Below are positions 27,092-36,495 of a stretch of DNA of 64,000 bases, piece by piece (within the stretch, counting starts at the first letter, position 1; each line of letters begins with the position of its first letter). The DNA is taken from assembly GCA_963822895.1 (NCBI GenBank), contig CAWGJI010000019.1, positions 307,456-371,455 on the forward strand, written 5' to 3'. This stretch comes from an uncultured Acidobacteriota bacterium (lineage in GTDB: Bacteria; Actinomycetota; Acidimicrobiia; Spongiisociales; ZC4RG35). Below the pieces are notes generated by a model that ran no database searches, was not told the origin of the DNA, and saw only the letters and a program-made list of their open reading frames with translations. Position numbers and translations under genes: made by a program.

Positions 27092-28195
27092 ATGACTCAG
27101 CGCACCCAAATCCCCCCAGGGCACTTCTTCCTACCCGGCCCGACCGAGGTCAACCAGGTCGTCGCCGACGCACAGACGGCTCCGATGATCGGGCATCGCG
27201 GACCTGAGATCAAAGAGTTGGTGGCCGAACTGCAGACCGGGCTCGAGCTGGTCTTCCAGACGGAGCGACCGGTCGTCATCTCGACTTCGTCCGCCACCGG
27301 GCTGATGGAAGCGGCGGTCAGGAACGGGGTGGTCGGCGGCAGGGTGCTCAGCCTGGTCAACGGGGCATTTTCCTCGCGTTTTGCCGACATCTCCGAGGCA
27401 TGCGGGCATCGGACCGACAGATGGGAGGTCGAGTGGGGGGATTTCCACGATCCGGTCGAATTGGAGTCGCGTCTCGCCGGTGGCGAGTATCAGGCGGTCA
27501 CCGTGACCCACTCGGAGACGTCGACGGGCGTGCTGCAGGATATCGAGGCCATGGCCGAGGTGGTCTGCGGCCACGACGAAGTCCTGCTCCTCGTCGACTC
27601 GGTCACTGGTGTGGCCGGAGCACCAGTACTCACCGACCGCTGGGGTCTCGACTTCGTTTTGACCGGGTCACAGAAGGCTCTGGCCCTGCCACCGGGGCTG
27701 TCATTCGGAGCCGCCTCTCAGGCGATGCTGGACCGCTCCGCCCTGGCCTCGAACAAGGGCTATTACTTCGACCTGCTGCCGATGATGAAGTCGCTCGAGG
27801 CCGATCAAACTCCATCGACGCCTGCTGTCTCTTTGCTCTACAGCCTCCAGGCCCAGCTTCGGCGAGTGAGGGACGAGGGGATGGAGAACAGGTGGGCCCG
27901 TCACGAGGCGATGCGAGAGATGACGGAAGATTGGGTCGATGAGACACGGCGGGATGGGATCGAAGTCGGGATCTTGGCGCCGACCGGCCACCGGTCGCCG
28001 ACGGTCACATGCATCACCCTCCCCGAGGGCATGGCGGGGCCGGACGTGGTCGGAGCTATGCGTGAGCGCGGCTGGGTCATCGGCGGCGGCTATGGGAAGA
28101 CGGCCGAGTGGGCCGTGAGGATCGGGCACATGGGCGACCATGACGTGAGCCACCTGGGAAGCCTGCTGGACACTCTCGGCGAGGTCATTCGATGA
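27092..28195 (+). CDS. Class V aminotransferase (phosphoserine / serine-glyoxylate aminotransferase type)
   Basis: Begins FLPGPTEV. The GSQKAL PLP-lysine motif is present. It is coupled to the downstream 2-hydroxyacid dehydrogenase. Confidence 0.85.
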   Translation: MTQRTQIPPGHFFLPGPTEVNQVVADAQTAPMIGHRGPEIKELVAELQTGLELVFQTERPVVISTSSATGLMEAAVRNGVVGGRVLSLVNGAFSSRFADISEACGHRTDRWEVEWGDFHDPVELESRLAGGEYQAVTVTHSETSTGVLQDIEAMAEVVCGHDEVLLLVDSVTGVAGAPVLTDRWGLDFVLTGSQKALALPPGLSFGAASQAMLDRSALASNKGYYFDLLPMMKSLEADQTPSTPAVSLLYSLQAQLRRVRDEGMENRWARHEAMREMTEDWVDETRRDGIEVGILAPTGHRSPTVTCITLPEGMAGPDVVGAMRERGWVIGGGYGKTAEWAVRIGHMGDHDVSHLGSLLDTLGEVIR

Positions 28196-29178
28196 GCGCT
28201 TCGTTCGAAGTCGTCGCCACCGACCGTGTGTCGAAGAAGGGTCTGGCCCCCCTGCGGGAAGATGATCGTTTCGTCGTCTCACGAATCGACGACTCGTCGT
28301 CCCCGGAGTACGCCGAGGCGCTGAGCACGGCCGCCGGCCTCATCGTTCGCAGTGCCACCAAAGTGGATGCTCGGATGATCGCCGGGGCGCCAGAGCTGAG
28401 AGTGATCGGTCGGGCCGGCGTCGGCGTCGACAACATCGATCTCAGCGCCGCCACCGAGAGGGGGATTGCAGTCATGAACGCTCCCGGTGGCAATACCGTC
28501 TCAGCGGCCGAATTGACCCTCGCTCTCCTCCTGTCCGTAGCCAGACGGGTGCCGGAGGCGGACCGGTCGATTCGGGCAGGCAAATGGGAGCGCTCCCGTT
28601 TTCAGGGTGTCGAGCTCAGGGGCCGCACCCTCGGAGTGATCGGAGCCGGTCGAATCGGGGGAGCGGTTGCAGAGCGGTGTCGGGCGTTCGGCATGAAAGT
28701 CATTGCATATGACCCCTATCTGCAACCCGAAGACTCCCGCGATCTGCGGGTGGGCTTCGTCGGGCTCGACGAACTGCTCGCCACCGCCGACGTCATCTCG
28801 CTTCACGTGCCATTGACCGAGGAGACCAAGGGCCTGATCGGTGCGGTGGCGATCTCGAAGATGAAGAAGCGAGCCTTCGTTCTCAACGCCTCGAGGGGTG
28901 GGGTCGTCGATGAGGGTGCCCTGGCCACAGCCCTCACGGAGGGGAAGATCGCCGGAGCCGCTCTCGATGTCTACGAGTCCGAGCCCCTCTCGGCAGAGAG
29001 CCCCTTGTTGCAGGCACCGAATCTGGTTCTGACCCCACATCTGGGGGCCTCCACGAAAGAGGCTCAGGTCCAGGTAGCCCTGGAAGTGGCGACGAGCATT
29101 CGGTCGGCCCTGGCATACGGGGACATCTCATCGGCGCTGAATGCCTCCGAAGTCTCGGCGGCGGCCGGTCTGAGTTGA
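28192..29178 (+). CDS. serA: D-3-phosphoglycerate dehydrogenase-like D-isomer-specific 2-hydroxyacid dehydrogenase (short form)
   Basis: NAD-binding motif GVIGAGRIGG and the catalytic region ASRGGVVDE...TPHLGAST. ATGA overlap with the aminotransferase. Confidence 0.85.
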   Translation: MSASFEVVATDRVSKKGLAPLREDDRFVVSRIDDSSSPEYAEALSTAAGLIVRSATKVDARMIAGAPELRVIGRAGVGVDNIDLSAATERGIAVMNAPGGNTVSAAELTLALLLSVARRVPEADRSIRAGKWERSRFQGVELRGRTLGVIGAGRIGGAVAERCRAFGMKVIAYDPYLQPEDSRDLRVGFVGLDELLATADVISLHVPLTEETKGLIGAVAISKMKKRAFVLNASRGGVVDEGALATALTEGKIAGAALDVYESEPLSAESPLLQAPNLVLTPHLGASTKEAQVQVALEVATSIRSALAYGDISSALNASEVSAAAGLS

Positions 29179-29216
29179 CACGAGCCGGCACGGTCCCCGA
29201 TCCGGTAGCCGGTTGA

Positions 29217-30125
29217 GTGGGTAGCCTCGTCCCGATGCTCGCCGTCATCTCCTATCCGCCGATCCCGATCTGGCACCTGGGGCCAATCAACTTCTCGTTG
29301 CATGGGCTCATGGCTGCAGTCGGGTTCGTCGTCGGGGCCTGGATCGCCACACGCGAGATGGGTCGGCGGAATTTCGACACGGTCAAGTATCAGTCCGTGC
29401 TCACATGGGGCCTGGTCGGGTCGCTGCTCGGTGCTCGATATCTCACTGCCCCGGCCCAGCTTCTGGACGGCGCGGGATTGTGGGACGCACTCAACCCGAT
29501 ACGTGGCAACTTCTCGATCATGGGTGGCTTCGCCGGTGGCATCATCGCCGGCGGGTGGAAGATGCGAAAGGTCGGTCTCCCGATCCTGCCCACTCTGGAC
29601 ATGTCGGCATTCGGACTGGCACTGGGCACAGTGGTGGGCCGCATCGGCGACCTGGCGATCGTGGAGCACCTGGGGCGTGCCACCACCGCCGCCTGGGGCT
29701 ACGGGATACGCCCCGGATACGACGTGGCTCCGGCTCACGATGCCCTGGAGTGCACGGAGGCAACCGTGGGTGCCAACGGGTTCTGTGGGATCTATCACCA
29801 CGTGGCCCTTTACGACATGATCGGGGCGGCGATCCTTCTCGGTGTGCTGTTTCTGGTGTACCAGCGGGTTCGTCTCAACTACGGGCAGCTCTTCTTCCTG
29901 TGGGTCGGGTGGTATGGGCTCCAGCGCTTCTTTCTGGACTCGCTCCGCTACGGCAGCGGAGATGCCACCGTCGGCCCGTTCACCTGGAATCAGGTGAGTG
30001 GTCTCGCCGCGGGAGTCGCAGGTGTCATCTTGTTGATCTGGGCCGGACGCACACAGCCCGAGGCAACGCCAGAGTCGGATCAGCCCTATGTGGTGGGCGA
30101 CGTAGAGACGTCTGCGTCTTCCTAG
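29217..30125 (+). CDS. lgt: Prolipoprotein diacylglyceryl transferase
   Basis: Contains HGLMAAVGFVVG, GRIGD and a polytopic profile. An alternative start lies at 29235. Confidence 0.88.
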   Translation: MGSLVPMLAVISYPPIPIWHLGPINFSLHGLMAAVGFVVGAWIATREMGRRNFDTVKYQSVLTWGLVGSLLGARYLTAPAQLLDGAGLWDALNPIRGNFSIMGGFAGGIIAGGWKMRKVGLPILPTLDMSAFGLALGTVVGRIGDLAIVEHLGRATTAAWGYGIRPGYDVAPAHDALECTEATVGANGFCGIYHHVALYDMIGAAILLGVLFLVYQRVRLNYGQLFFLWVGWYGLQRFFLDSLRYGSGDATVGPFTWNQVSGLAAGVAGVILLIWAGRTQPEATPESDQPYVVGDVETSASS

Positions 30126-30904
30126 GACCCGTTTCTCTCGTCTCGCCAGGCGATCCAATCGACTGCGGCACTCACGTCGAAGTCGGTCCTGCCGTCGGCT
30201 CCCAGGGTTATCAGATTGGCGCCCGCCTCCACATAGGCGTCGCCGGATTCGGGACGGGTGAGGCTCGCTCCACAGGATCTTTCGATCTCCGACGGATCCC
30301 GGCCCTCTCTCGCACACCAGTCATCCAACACCGAGTTCTTGTGCGCAATCACCTCCGGCCGTCCGAAGCCGTGCCAGATGTCCGCGTGGCGTGCCGTGTA
30401 GCGGAGGGTCTTTCGCTCACCGCCGCCTCCGATGAGGATCGGGATCTTGCGGGTCGGGGGCGGATTCAGCTTCTCCCAGCGAGCCTCGATGCGTGGCAGG
30501 GCTTGCTCCAGTGAGGCCAGGCGGTTTCCGGCGGTGCCGAAGTCGTAGCCGTATTCGTCGTAGTCCTTCTCGAACCATCCGGCTCCGATTCCCAGGATGA
30601 GACGTCCGGCGGAGGCATGATCCACCGTCCTGGCCATGTCGGCCAGGAGGTCGGGGTTCCTGTAGCCGACCGAAGACACAAGGGCGCCGATCTCGACTCT
30701 CTCGGTCACCTCGGCCCACGAGCCGAGCATGGTCCAGCATTCGAAGTGCTTGCCATCCGGGTCGCCGCTGAGGGGGAAGAAGTGGTCCCAGTTGAACACG
30801 ACATCGACACCCATCTCCTCCGAGCGAACGACTGCGGCTCGGAGGTCGGCATAATCCCCGTGCTGAGGTTGGAACTGGATGGCGATGCGGATTGGCCTGG
30901 TCAT
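30122..30904 (-). CDS. LLM-class (luciferase-like) F420-dependent oxidoreductase
   Basis: MTRPIRIAIQFQPQ... and LGIGAGWFEKDYDEYGYDF. I chose the ATG at 30904 inside ORF 30122-31375. Confidence 0.85.
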   Translation of the reverse strand: MTRPIRIAIQFQPQHGDYADLRAAVVRSEEMGVDVVFNWDHFFPLSGDPDGKHFECWTMLGSWAEVTERVEIGALVSSVGYRNPDLLADMARTVDHASAGRLILGIGAGWFEKDYDEYGYDFGTAGNRLASLEQALPRIEARWEKLNPPPTRKIPILIGGGGERKTLRYTARHADIWHGFGRPEVIAHKNSVLDDWCAREGRDPSEIERSCGASLTRPESGDAYVEAGANLITLGADGRTDFDVSAAVDWIAWRDERNGS

Positions 30905-30954
30905 CGTGGAGCGACTCCTCGGGTTGCGTGACGATCCGACTGTAGAGGTCGGGG

Positions 30955-32088
30955 TCAGATACCGAACAGGGTGTCGTCGATCAAATAGTCGACTACTTCC
31001 TTCAATGCTTCTTCCTCGGTCGCCCCGCCGGCCAGGGCTCGCTGATAGGTCGCCCGCTGCCGGTGGGCGCTGGTCCCATTCTTGACGATTTCCCGGGCGT
31101 GGAGCAGTTCGTCCGTGACATCGAATTCGTCGGCAACCTCGGCCAGCACGTCGATGAATTCCTCGACGAGGTCTGCGTAGGGGACCAACTCGCCCCGGCC
31201 GAAGTCGACCAGGGAGCCCTCGACGCCGTAACGCTGGGCTCGCCACATGTTCTCCGAGATGAGCAGGGAGGAATATGCCCGCCAGCGCTGGTTCAGCTTG
31301 CGGAGACGGAAGAGATAGCCGAGCAGGCAGAGATATAGGGCTGCCACCGTCATCGCATCGTCGAGACGGGTGCACACGTCACTGACGCGCATCTCCAGAG
31401 TCGGGTATCGGGCGGACGGCCTGATGTCCCACCACAACTTTGTGGCGTCCTCGAGCAATCCGGCCGAGATCATGATGTCGAGCATGCGCTCGTATTCACC
31501 CCAAGAGAGAAACTCCTCGGGAACCCCCGTTCGTGGAAGGTTCTTGAAGATCACCAGCCGATAGGCGAGGAGCCCGGTGTCGGTGCCCGCCCAGAAAGGG
31601 GATGACGTGCTCAAGGCGAGAAGGTGGGGCAGCATGTAACGCATCTGGTTCATCAGGTCGATGCGCAGATGGGGATCGCCTATCCCGACGTGGATGTGCA
31701 TGCCGCAGATGACCAATTGCCTGGCGACCTGCTGGTAGTCGGCGGCGAGACGCAGGTACCTCGGCTGCTCGGTCGTCTCCTGCTCGGACCAGTTGGCGAA
31801 GGGGTGTGTCGATGAGGCGATGATGGCGCCCCCGTATTCGGTGACGACTGTCGAGAGCTCTCGGCGCATGGCCGCCAGGTCCGCTCTCGCCTCCGAGACT
31901 TTCTGGCACACCTTCGTCCCCACCTCGATCTGTGCCTTGAGGAACTCGGGTGTCACCTGTGGCCCGAGCACTTCGCGCAACGAGTCCCACATGGCCGATG
32001 GCGGATTCTTTATCAGATCGCGGGTCTCGCGATCGACGACCAGATACTCCTCCTCGATCCCGATGGTGAACTCAGGTCTCTCGAGCAT
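30955..32088 (-). CDS. Carboxylate-amine ligase (glutamate-cysteine ligase family 2, YbdK type)
   Basis: N-terminus FTIGIEEEYLVVD and the internal CGMHIHVG motif. I chose the ATG at 32088 inside ORF 30955-32235. Confidence 0.88.
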   Translation of the reverse strand: MLERPEFTIGIEEEYLVVDRETRDLIKNPPSAMWDSLREVLGPQVTPEFLKAQIEVGTKVCQKVSEARADLAAMRRELSTVVTEYGGAIIASSTHPFANWSEQETTEQPRYLRLAADYQQVARQLVICGMHIHVGIGDPHLRIDLMNQMRYMLPHLLALSTSSPFWAGTDTGLLAYRLVIFKNLPRTGVPEEFLSWGEYERMLDIMISAGLLEDATKLWWDIRPSARYPTLEMRVSDVCTRLDDAMTVAALYLCLLGYLFRLRKLNQRWRAYSSLLISENMWRAQRYGVEGSLVDFGRGELVPYADLVEEFIDVLAEVADEFDVTDELLHAREIVKNGTSAHRQRATYQRALAGGATEEEALKEVVDYLIDDTLFGI

Positions 32089-32098
32089 GCGCAGGACA

Positions 32099-32701
32099 CT
32101 AGAGCCCGGACAGGACGGTCTGTCGGGCGTCCTCACACAGGCCGGCGACGTGACAGCCCTCGACATGGTCATTGACCAGGCCCATGGCTTGCATGAAGGC
32201 ATAGATGGTGGTCGGTCCCACAAATGACCAGCCACGGAGCTTCAGGTCCTTGGAGAGTGCGGTCGACTCAGGTGTGACGCTCGGCAGCTCTTTTCGATGG
32301 ACATCTCCCGGCGGAGCCCACGACCAGAAGTAGACGGCAAGCGAGCTCCTCTCTTCGATCAGGTCGAGTGCCCTTTGTGCATTGTTGATGGTCGATCGGA
32401 TCTTTCCCTCGTGACGCACGATGCCCTCGTCTGCCATCAACCGTTCAACGTCACGCCGATCGAAGGACGCAACGCGTTCGGGGTCGAATCCGGCGAAACC
32501 GGTTCGAAAGCTCTCACGCTTGCGGAGGATGGTCAGCCAGGAGAGACCGGCCTGGAAACCCTCCAAACAGACCTTCTCGAAGAGGGCGGTGTCGTCGGTC
32601 GTGGCTCGACCCCACTCGTGGTCGTGATAGATGCGATAGATCTCGGGCTCGGCTCCCCATTCACAGCGAGCCAGCGCATCTTCACCCACGAGCAGCCTCA
32701 T
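32099..32701 (-). CDS. tag: DNA-3-methyladenine glycosylase I
   Basis: Contains RCEWGAEPEIYRIYHDHEWG and LEGFQAGLSWLTILRKR. Confidence 0.93.
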   Translation of the reverse strand: MRLLVGEDALARCEWGAEPEIYRIYHDHEWGRATTDDTALFEKVCLEGFQAGLSWLTILRKRESFRTGFAGFDPERVASFDRRDVERLMADEGIVRHEGKIRSTINNAQRALDLIEERSSLAVYFWSWAPPGDVHRKELPSVTPESTALSKDLKLRGWSFVGPTTIYAFMQAMGLVNDHVEGCHVAGLCEDARQTVLSGL

Positions 32702-32771
32702 GGGGGCAGGCTATCGATGTGAAAAGGGTCTTTAGCTTCCGTTAGCGGTGCAGCATCTAACTTGAGGACCC

Positions 32772-34313
32772 GTGAGCTCCACACGAACGAGAGATGGTCT
32801 TTCCGGCGTCGCCGCCGCAGGTCTGGCACTCGGTGTCTCCGAGTTGGCCGCCGGGCTGGTGGGGGGCTTCCCATCACTGATCCAGGGTCTGGGCAACTGG
32901 GTGATCGATATCGTCCCCAAGTCGGTCAAGGACGTGGCCATCCAGCTCTTCGGCACCCACGACAAGCTGGCACTCGTGATCGGGATCGTGGTGGTCACCC
33001 TGTTGATCGGTGGCCTGGTGGGTGTTCTGGCGCGATCCCGTTTCGGGATAGCCATCGGCGTGTTCCTGGCCTTTGCCGTCGTCGCCGCATGGGCAGCCGC
33101 CCGCGATCCGGGGACGTCGCTCGGAGTCGCCATCATCCCCGCCGGTCTTGCTGCCATAACCGGTTTGGGCACCCTTCAGTGGCTCTATGACCGCGGCGAC
33201 CGGGGAGCGCCCGAGTCGGGCGAGGCGGCTGCCATCTCAGCAGGGTCCCGTCGCAGCTTCCTGATCGGCTTCGGTGCAGTTGTCGGCCTGGCCGTGATCT
33301 CGGCCGGCGCCGGTCGCACCCTCTTGGATCGGGCGCGACGGACGGTGGCCGGAAGGGGCGAGGTCCAGCTCCCATCCCCTGCCGTTGCACTACCAGAGGC
33401 GCCGGCCGCAGCCGAGCTCGGTGTTCCCGGGTTGAGCCCCATCATCACCCCCAACCCTGATTTCTATCGGATCGACACCGCCTTGTCGGTCCCACGTGTC
33501 GATCTCCAGGAGTGGAGTCTGTCGATTGAGGGCATGGTCGATCATCCGTACACCATCTCCTATTACGACCTGCTGGATCTGAGGATGGAAGAGATAGATG
33601 TCACTCTCTCCTGCGTCTCCAACCGGGTCGGCGGCAATTTGGTCAGCAATGCCCGCTGGCTGGGCGTCCCATTGACCGAAGTCCTCGATCGGGCGGGTGT
33701 GCAGCCCGATGCCGAGCAGATAGTCGGGCGGTCGGTCGACGATTTCACCGTTGGCTTCCCGGTCGAGGCGGCCTATGACGGGCGCGAGGCGATCGTGGCA
33801 GTTGGGATGAACGGGGAGCCACTCCCCTTCGAGCATGGATTCCCGGCTCGGCTCGTCGTGGCCGGTCTCTACGGGTATGTCTCGGCGACGAAATGGCTCT
33901 CATCGATCGAGTTGAAGACGTGGGACGAGTTCGACGCCTATTGGGTCCCGCGTGGTTGGGCCAAGGAAGCGCCCATCAAGACGCAAAGCCGGATCGACAC
34001 CCCGGCAAACGGAGAGAGGCTCGAAGCGGGCACGATCCCGGTGGCCGGTGTCGCCTGGGCTCCCAATCGAGGGATCTCGAAGGTCGAGGTGCAGTTGGGG
34101 ACGGATGCCGATTGGGTGGAGGCTGAATTGTCACAGCCCCTTTCCGACGACAGCTGGATTCAATGGGTCGCCGACTGGGATGCTCAACCCGGAACACATG
34201 AATTGCAGGTTCGCGCCACCGACGGCGACGGGAACACGCAGACCGACGAGATTTTGCCCCCGGCCCCTGATGGAGCGACCGGATGGCATCGGGTCCGCGT
34301 CACGGTGGCCTGA
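32772..34313 (+). CDS. Molybdopterin-dependent oxidoreductase (sulfite-oxidase fold) with an N-terminal membrane domain
   Basis: An N-terminal hydrophobic region is followed by an Oxidored_molyb-like core that includes LSCVSNRVGG. GTG start. Confidence 0.85.
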   Translation: MSSTRTRDGLSGVAAAGLALGVSELAAGLVGGFPSLIQGLGNWVIDIVPKSVKDVAIQLFGTHDKLALVIGIVVVTLLIGGLVGVLARSRFGIAIGVFLAFAVVAAWAAARDPGTSLGVAIIPAGLAAITGLGTLQWLYDRGDRGAPESGEAAAISAGSRRSFLIGFGAVVGLAVISAGAGRTLLDRARRTVAGRGEVQLPSPAVALPEAPAAAELGVPGLSPIITPNPDFYRIDTALSVPRVDLQEWSLSIEGMVDHPYTISYYDLLDLRMEEIDVTLSCVSNRVGGNLVSNARWLGVPLTEVLDRAGVQPDAEQIVGRSVDDFTVGFPVEAAYDGREAIVAVGMNGEPLPFEHGFPARLVVAGLYGYVSATKWLSSIELKTWDEFDAYWVPRGWAKEAPIKTQSRIDTPANGERLEAGTIPVAGVAWAPNRGISKVEVQLGTDADWVEAELSQPLSDDSWIQWVADWDAQPGTHELQVRATDGDGNTQTDEILPPAPDGATGWHRVRVTVA

Positions 34314-35276
34314 TCACAGCCGGTGATCGCCGGCCGCGATCGCCCAGGCAATTCCCTCCAGCGGGCTCGAGATGGCGAGACGCAACACCCACCCGGTGTC
34401 CGGGCTGCCGTCGTCGAACCAAAAGAACTCCAGATTTCCGACGTCCGTTCCCAACTGCTGAGGTTCCGGAGGCCAGTCGAGGTCGGCGAGGGCGGCCAAG
34501 GCCCACCAGGTGTTGAACCTGCCCGCCGCCGACCCGCGTCGACGCCCATGTGCGCCACCCGAGGCGGCCGCCCAGCACATCCAGGACAGTGCCTGACCCG
34601 GCTCGAGCGGCGCCATGCGAGCGGCGCCAAGGCCCAAACCGGTGACGGCGGCAATGTGGTCGCCCTCGACCGTCGAAACCTGGCATCTACCGTTCGACTG
34701 ATCGGTCCAGGTCTCGACCAGACCGCTCAAGGCGTCGGCGGAGTCCACGTCGTCGACGACGACGACCGACCGGGCGGGTTCGACGGGCAGCGTCTCCGGG
34801 GGCCGCGGCGAGGGCGCCTCGACCTTGTCGGACTTGTAGGTCGCCAAGGGGAAAGCCGGCTCCCAGGGGGCCAGGCGCGAAGGGAGATCGGGTATCTCCA
34901 CGTCGACCTCGTCTCCCCGCACGACCCGCTCGGCGGCGAACGTGTCTCGTGCCGGGCCTATTGGCAGGTGGTCTTTCATCTCGGCCCATGTCTTGGTGCT
35001 GGCGGCAACCTCGGGGAGGGGGCCGAGGGAGAAGCGGGATCGACCCTCGCCCACGACCGGGCCGGCTATCGGAGGTGGTGCCTCGAGGGCGAGGCGATAT
35101 CTGATGTGCTCGCTCACTCCCCAAACCTGCTTGCCCCGTACGACCGCCTCATCGCATCGCACCCGCAACTCGAGAAGTGAGTCCCAATCCCGGGACTGGC
35201 ATAGCCCATCTACGACTCTCAGAAGATCATCGGTGTCCGACGCCTCGATCGCCTCGACAGCCCTCTGGCCGATCAT
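34314..35276 (-). CDS. Conserved hypothetical protein
   Basis: 320-aa ORF with coding-like composition and no motif I can name. Its start overlaps the rhodanese stop by 4 nt. Confidence 0.7.
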   Translation of the reverse strand: MIGQRAVEAIEASDTDDLLRVVDGLCQSRDWDSLLELRVRCDEAVVRGKQVWGVSEHIRYRLALEAPPPIAGPVVGEGRSRFSLGPLPEVAASTKTWAEMKDHLPIGPARDTFAAERVVRGDEVDVEIPDLPSRLAPWEPAFPLATYKSDKVEAPSPRPPETLPVEPARSVVVVDDVDSADALSGLVETWTDQSNGRCQVSTVEGDHIAAVTGLGLGAARMAPLEPGQALSWMCWAAASGGAHGRRRGSAAGRFNTWWALAALADLDWPPEPQQLGTDVGNLEFFWFDDGSPDTGWVLRLAISSPLEGIAWAIAAGDHRL

Positions 35277-36076
35277 GGCTCGTCGCCGGTCTTGACCGGG
35301 AGATCCCTTCGCGACCAGTCGGAGAACGACCCGATGTAGACATCAGGCATCGGTCGCCCGGCGAGATTCATCGCCAGCGCGCTGTGACAGGCGTTCACCC
35401 CGCTGCCACAGGAGAAGACGACGTCGTCGGGCAGGGAGGCGAACCGCGCATTTAGCTGCCCCTCGCTCAGGAACCGTCCGTCCTCCCCGAGATTCCCGGC
35501 CATCGGCAGGTTCAGGGCCCCCGGGATATGTCCTGCCTTCGGATCCACCGGCTCACGATCTCCCCGATACCTCTCTGGAGCCCGAACGTCGACGATGGTC
35601 CGGTGCGCCAGTTGGTCGTGACCGAGGACCCAACGAAACGTCGCAGCGGGCGGATAGGTGGTGGGAGTCGGTAACACGTCACCGGTCTCGACGTCGAGAC
35701 CTGACTCACGCCACGCTCTCATCCCACCGTCGAGCAGGCTCACGTGGTCATGCCCGATCGACCGCAGCATCCACCACATTCTCGCCGCAACTGCGCCTCC
35801 GACGTCGTCGTAGACCACCACCTCGTCATCGGGTGTGATGCCGAGTCGCCCCAGTGTCTTCGTGAAGTCGGGCGCGGAGGGGAGAGGGTGCCTTCCGTCG
35901 CCGTGTGGAGCGCTCAGGTCGTTGTCCAGATCGACGAAGACTGCACCGGGAATGTGCCCCTCACGGTATGAGGCGATTCCGTGGGCCGGGTCCGTCAACG
36001 ACCAGCGCAAATCGAAGAGCGCGAGCTCATCGAGGCCAAGGCGCAACTCCTCCACCGAAATGGTCGGTCGTGACAT
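35273..36076 (-). CDS. Thiosulfate / 3-mercaptopyruvate sulfurtransferase (tandem rhodanese)
   Basis: Two rhodanese domains with the active-site loop CGSGVNAC. The start is at 36076 or 36115. Confidence 0.88.
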   Translation of the reverse strand: MSRPTISVEELRLGLDELALFDLRWSLTDPAHGIASYREGHIPGAVFVDLDNDLSAPHGDGRHPLPSAPDFTKTLGRLGITPDDEVVVYDDVGGAVAARMWWMLRSIGHDHVSLLDGGMRAWRESGLDVETGDVLPTPTTYPPAATFRWVLGHDQLAHRTIVDVRAPERYRGDREPVDPKAGHIPGALNLPMAGNLGEDGRFLSEGQLNARFASLPDDVVFSCGSGVNACHSALAMNLAGRPMPDVYIGSFSDWSRRDLPVKTGDEP

Positions 36077-36153
36077 GCCCTCATTCAACTTTGGTCCGGT
36101 GCCTTTCGCTCCCACCCAACATTAGTTATAGAACATTGACTATTCTGAGCCAG

Positions 36154-36495
36154 GTGTTGGTTAGCGTCGACCCGGACGGCGATCAGGCGATCTATCTCCA
36201 GATCTCGGCTGATATCGAGTCGCAGGTCTCCGAGGGCAAGCTGGAGCCGGGGGAACGTCTCCCCTCGGCGCGGAGTCTCGCCGCCTCATTGGGCGTCAAC
36301 ATGCACACCGTCCTCAAGGCCTACTCACATCTCCAGGACCTGGGTCTCGTCGAGCTCAGGCGGGGTCGGGGAGGGGCAGTGGTGAGGCCCGCGCCCGATG
36401 TCGCGCGGCTCGTCGGCGACCTGGTGGACGCCGCGCGGGGGGCGGGGTTGACAGCCGAGGAACTGCAATCCCTGATCGAAGAGGCGTGGCCGTGA
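36154..36495 (+). CDS. Short GntR-family (YtrA/YhcF-like) transcriptional regulator
   Basis: Winged-helix region PGERLPSARSLAASLGVNMHTVLKAYSHLQDLGLVELRRGRG. GTG start at 36154. Confidence 0.85.
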   Translation: MLVSVDPDGDQAIYLQISADIESQVSEGKLEPGERLPSARSLAASLGVNMHTVLKAYSHLQDLGLVELRRGRGGAVVRPAPDVARLVGDLVDAARGAGLTAEELQSLIEEAWP

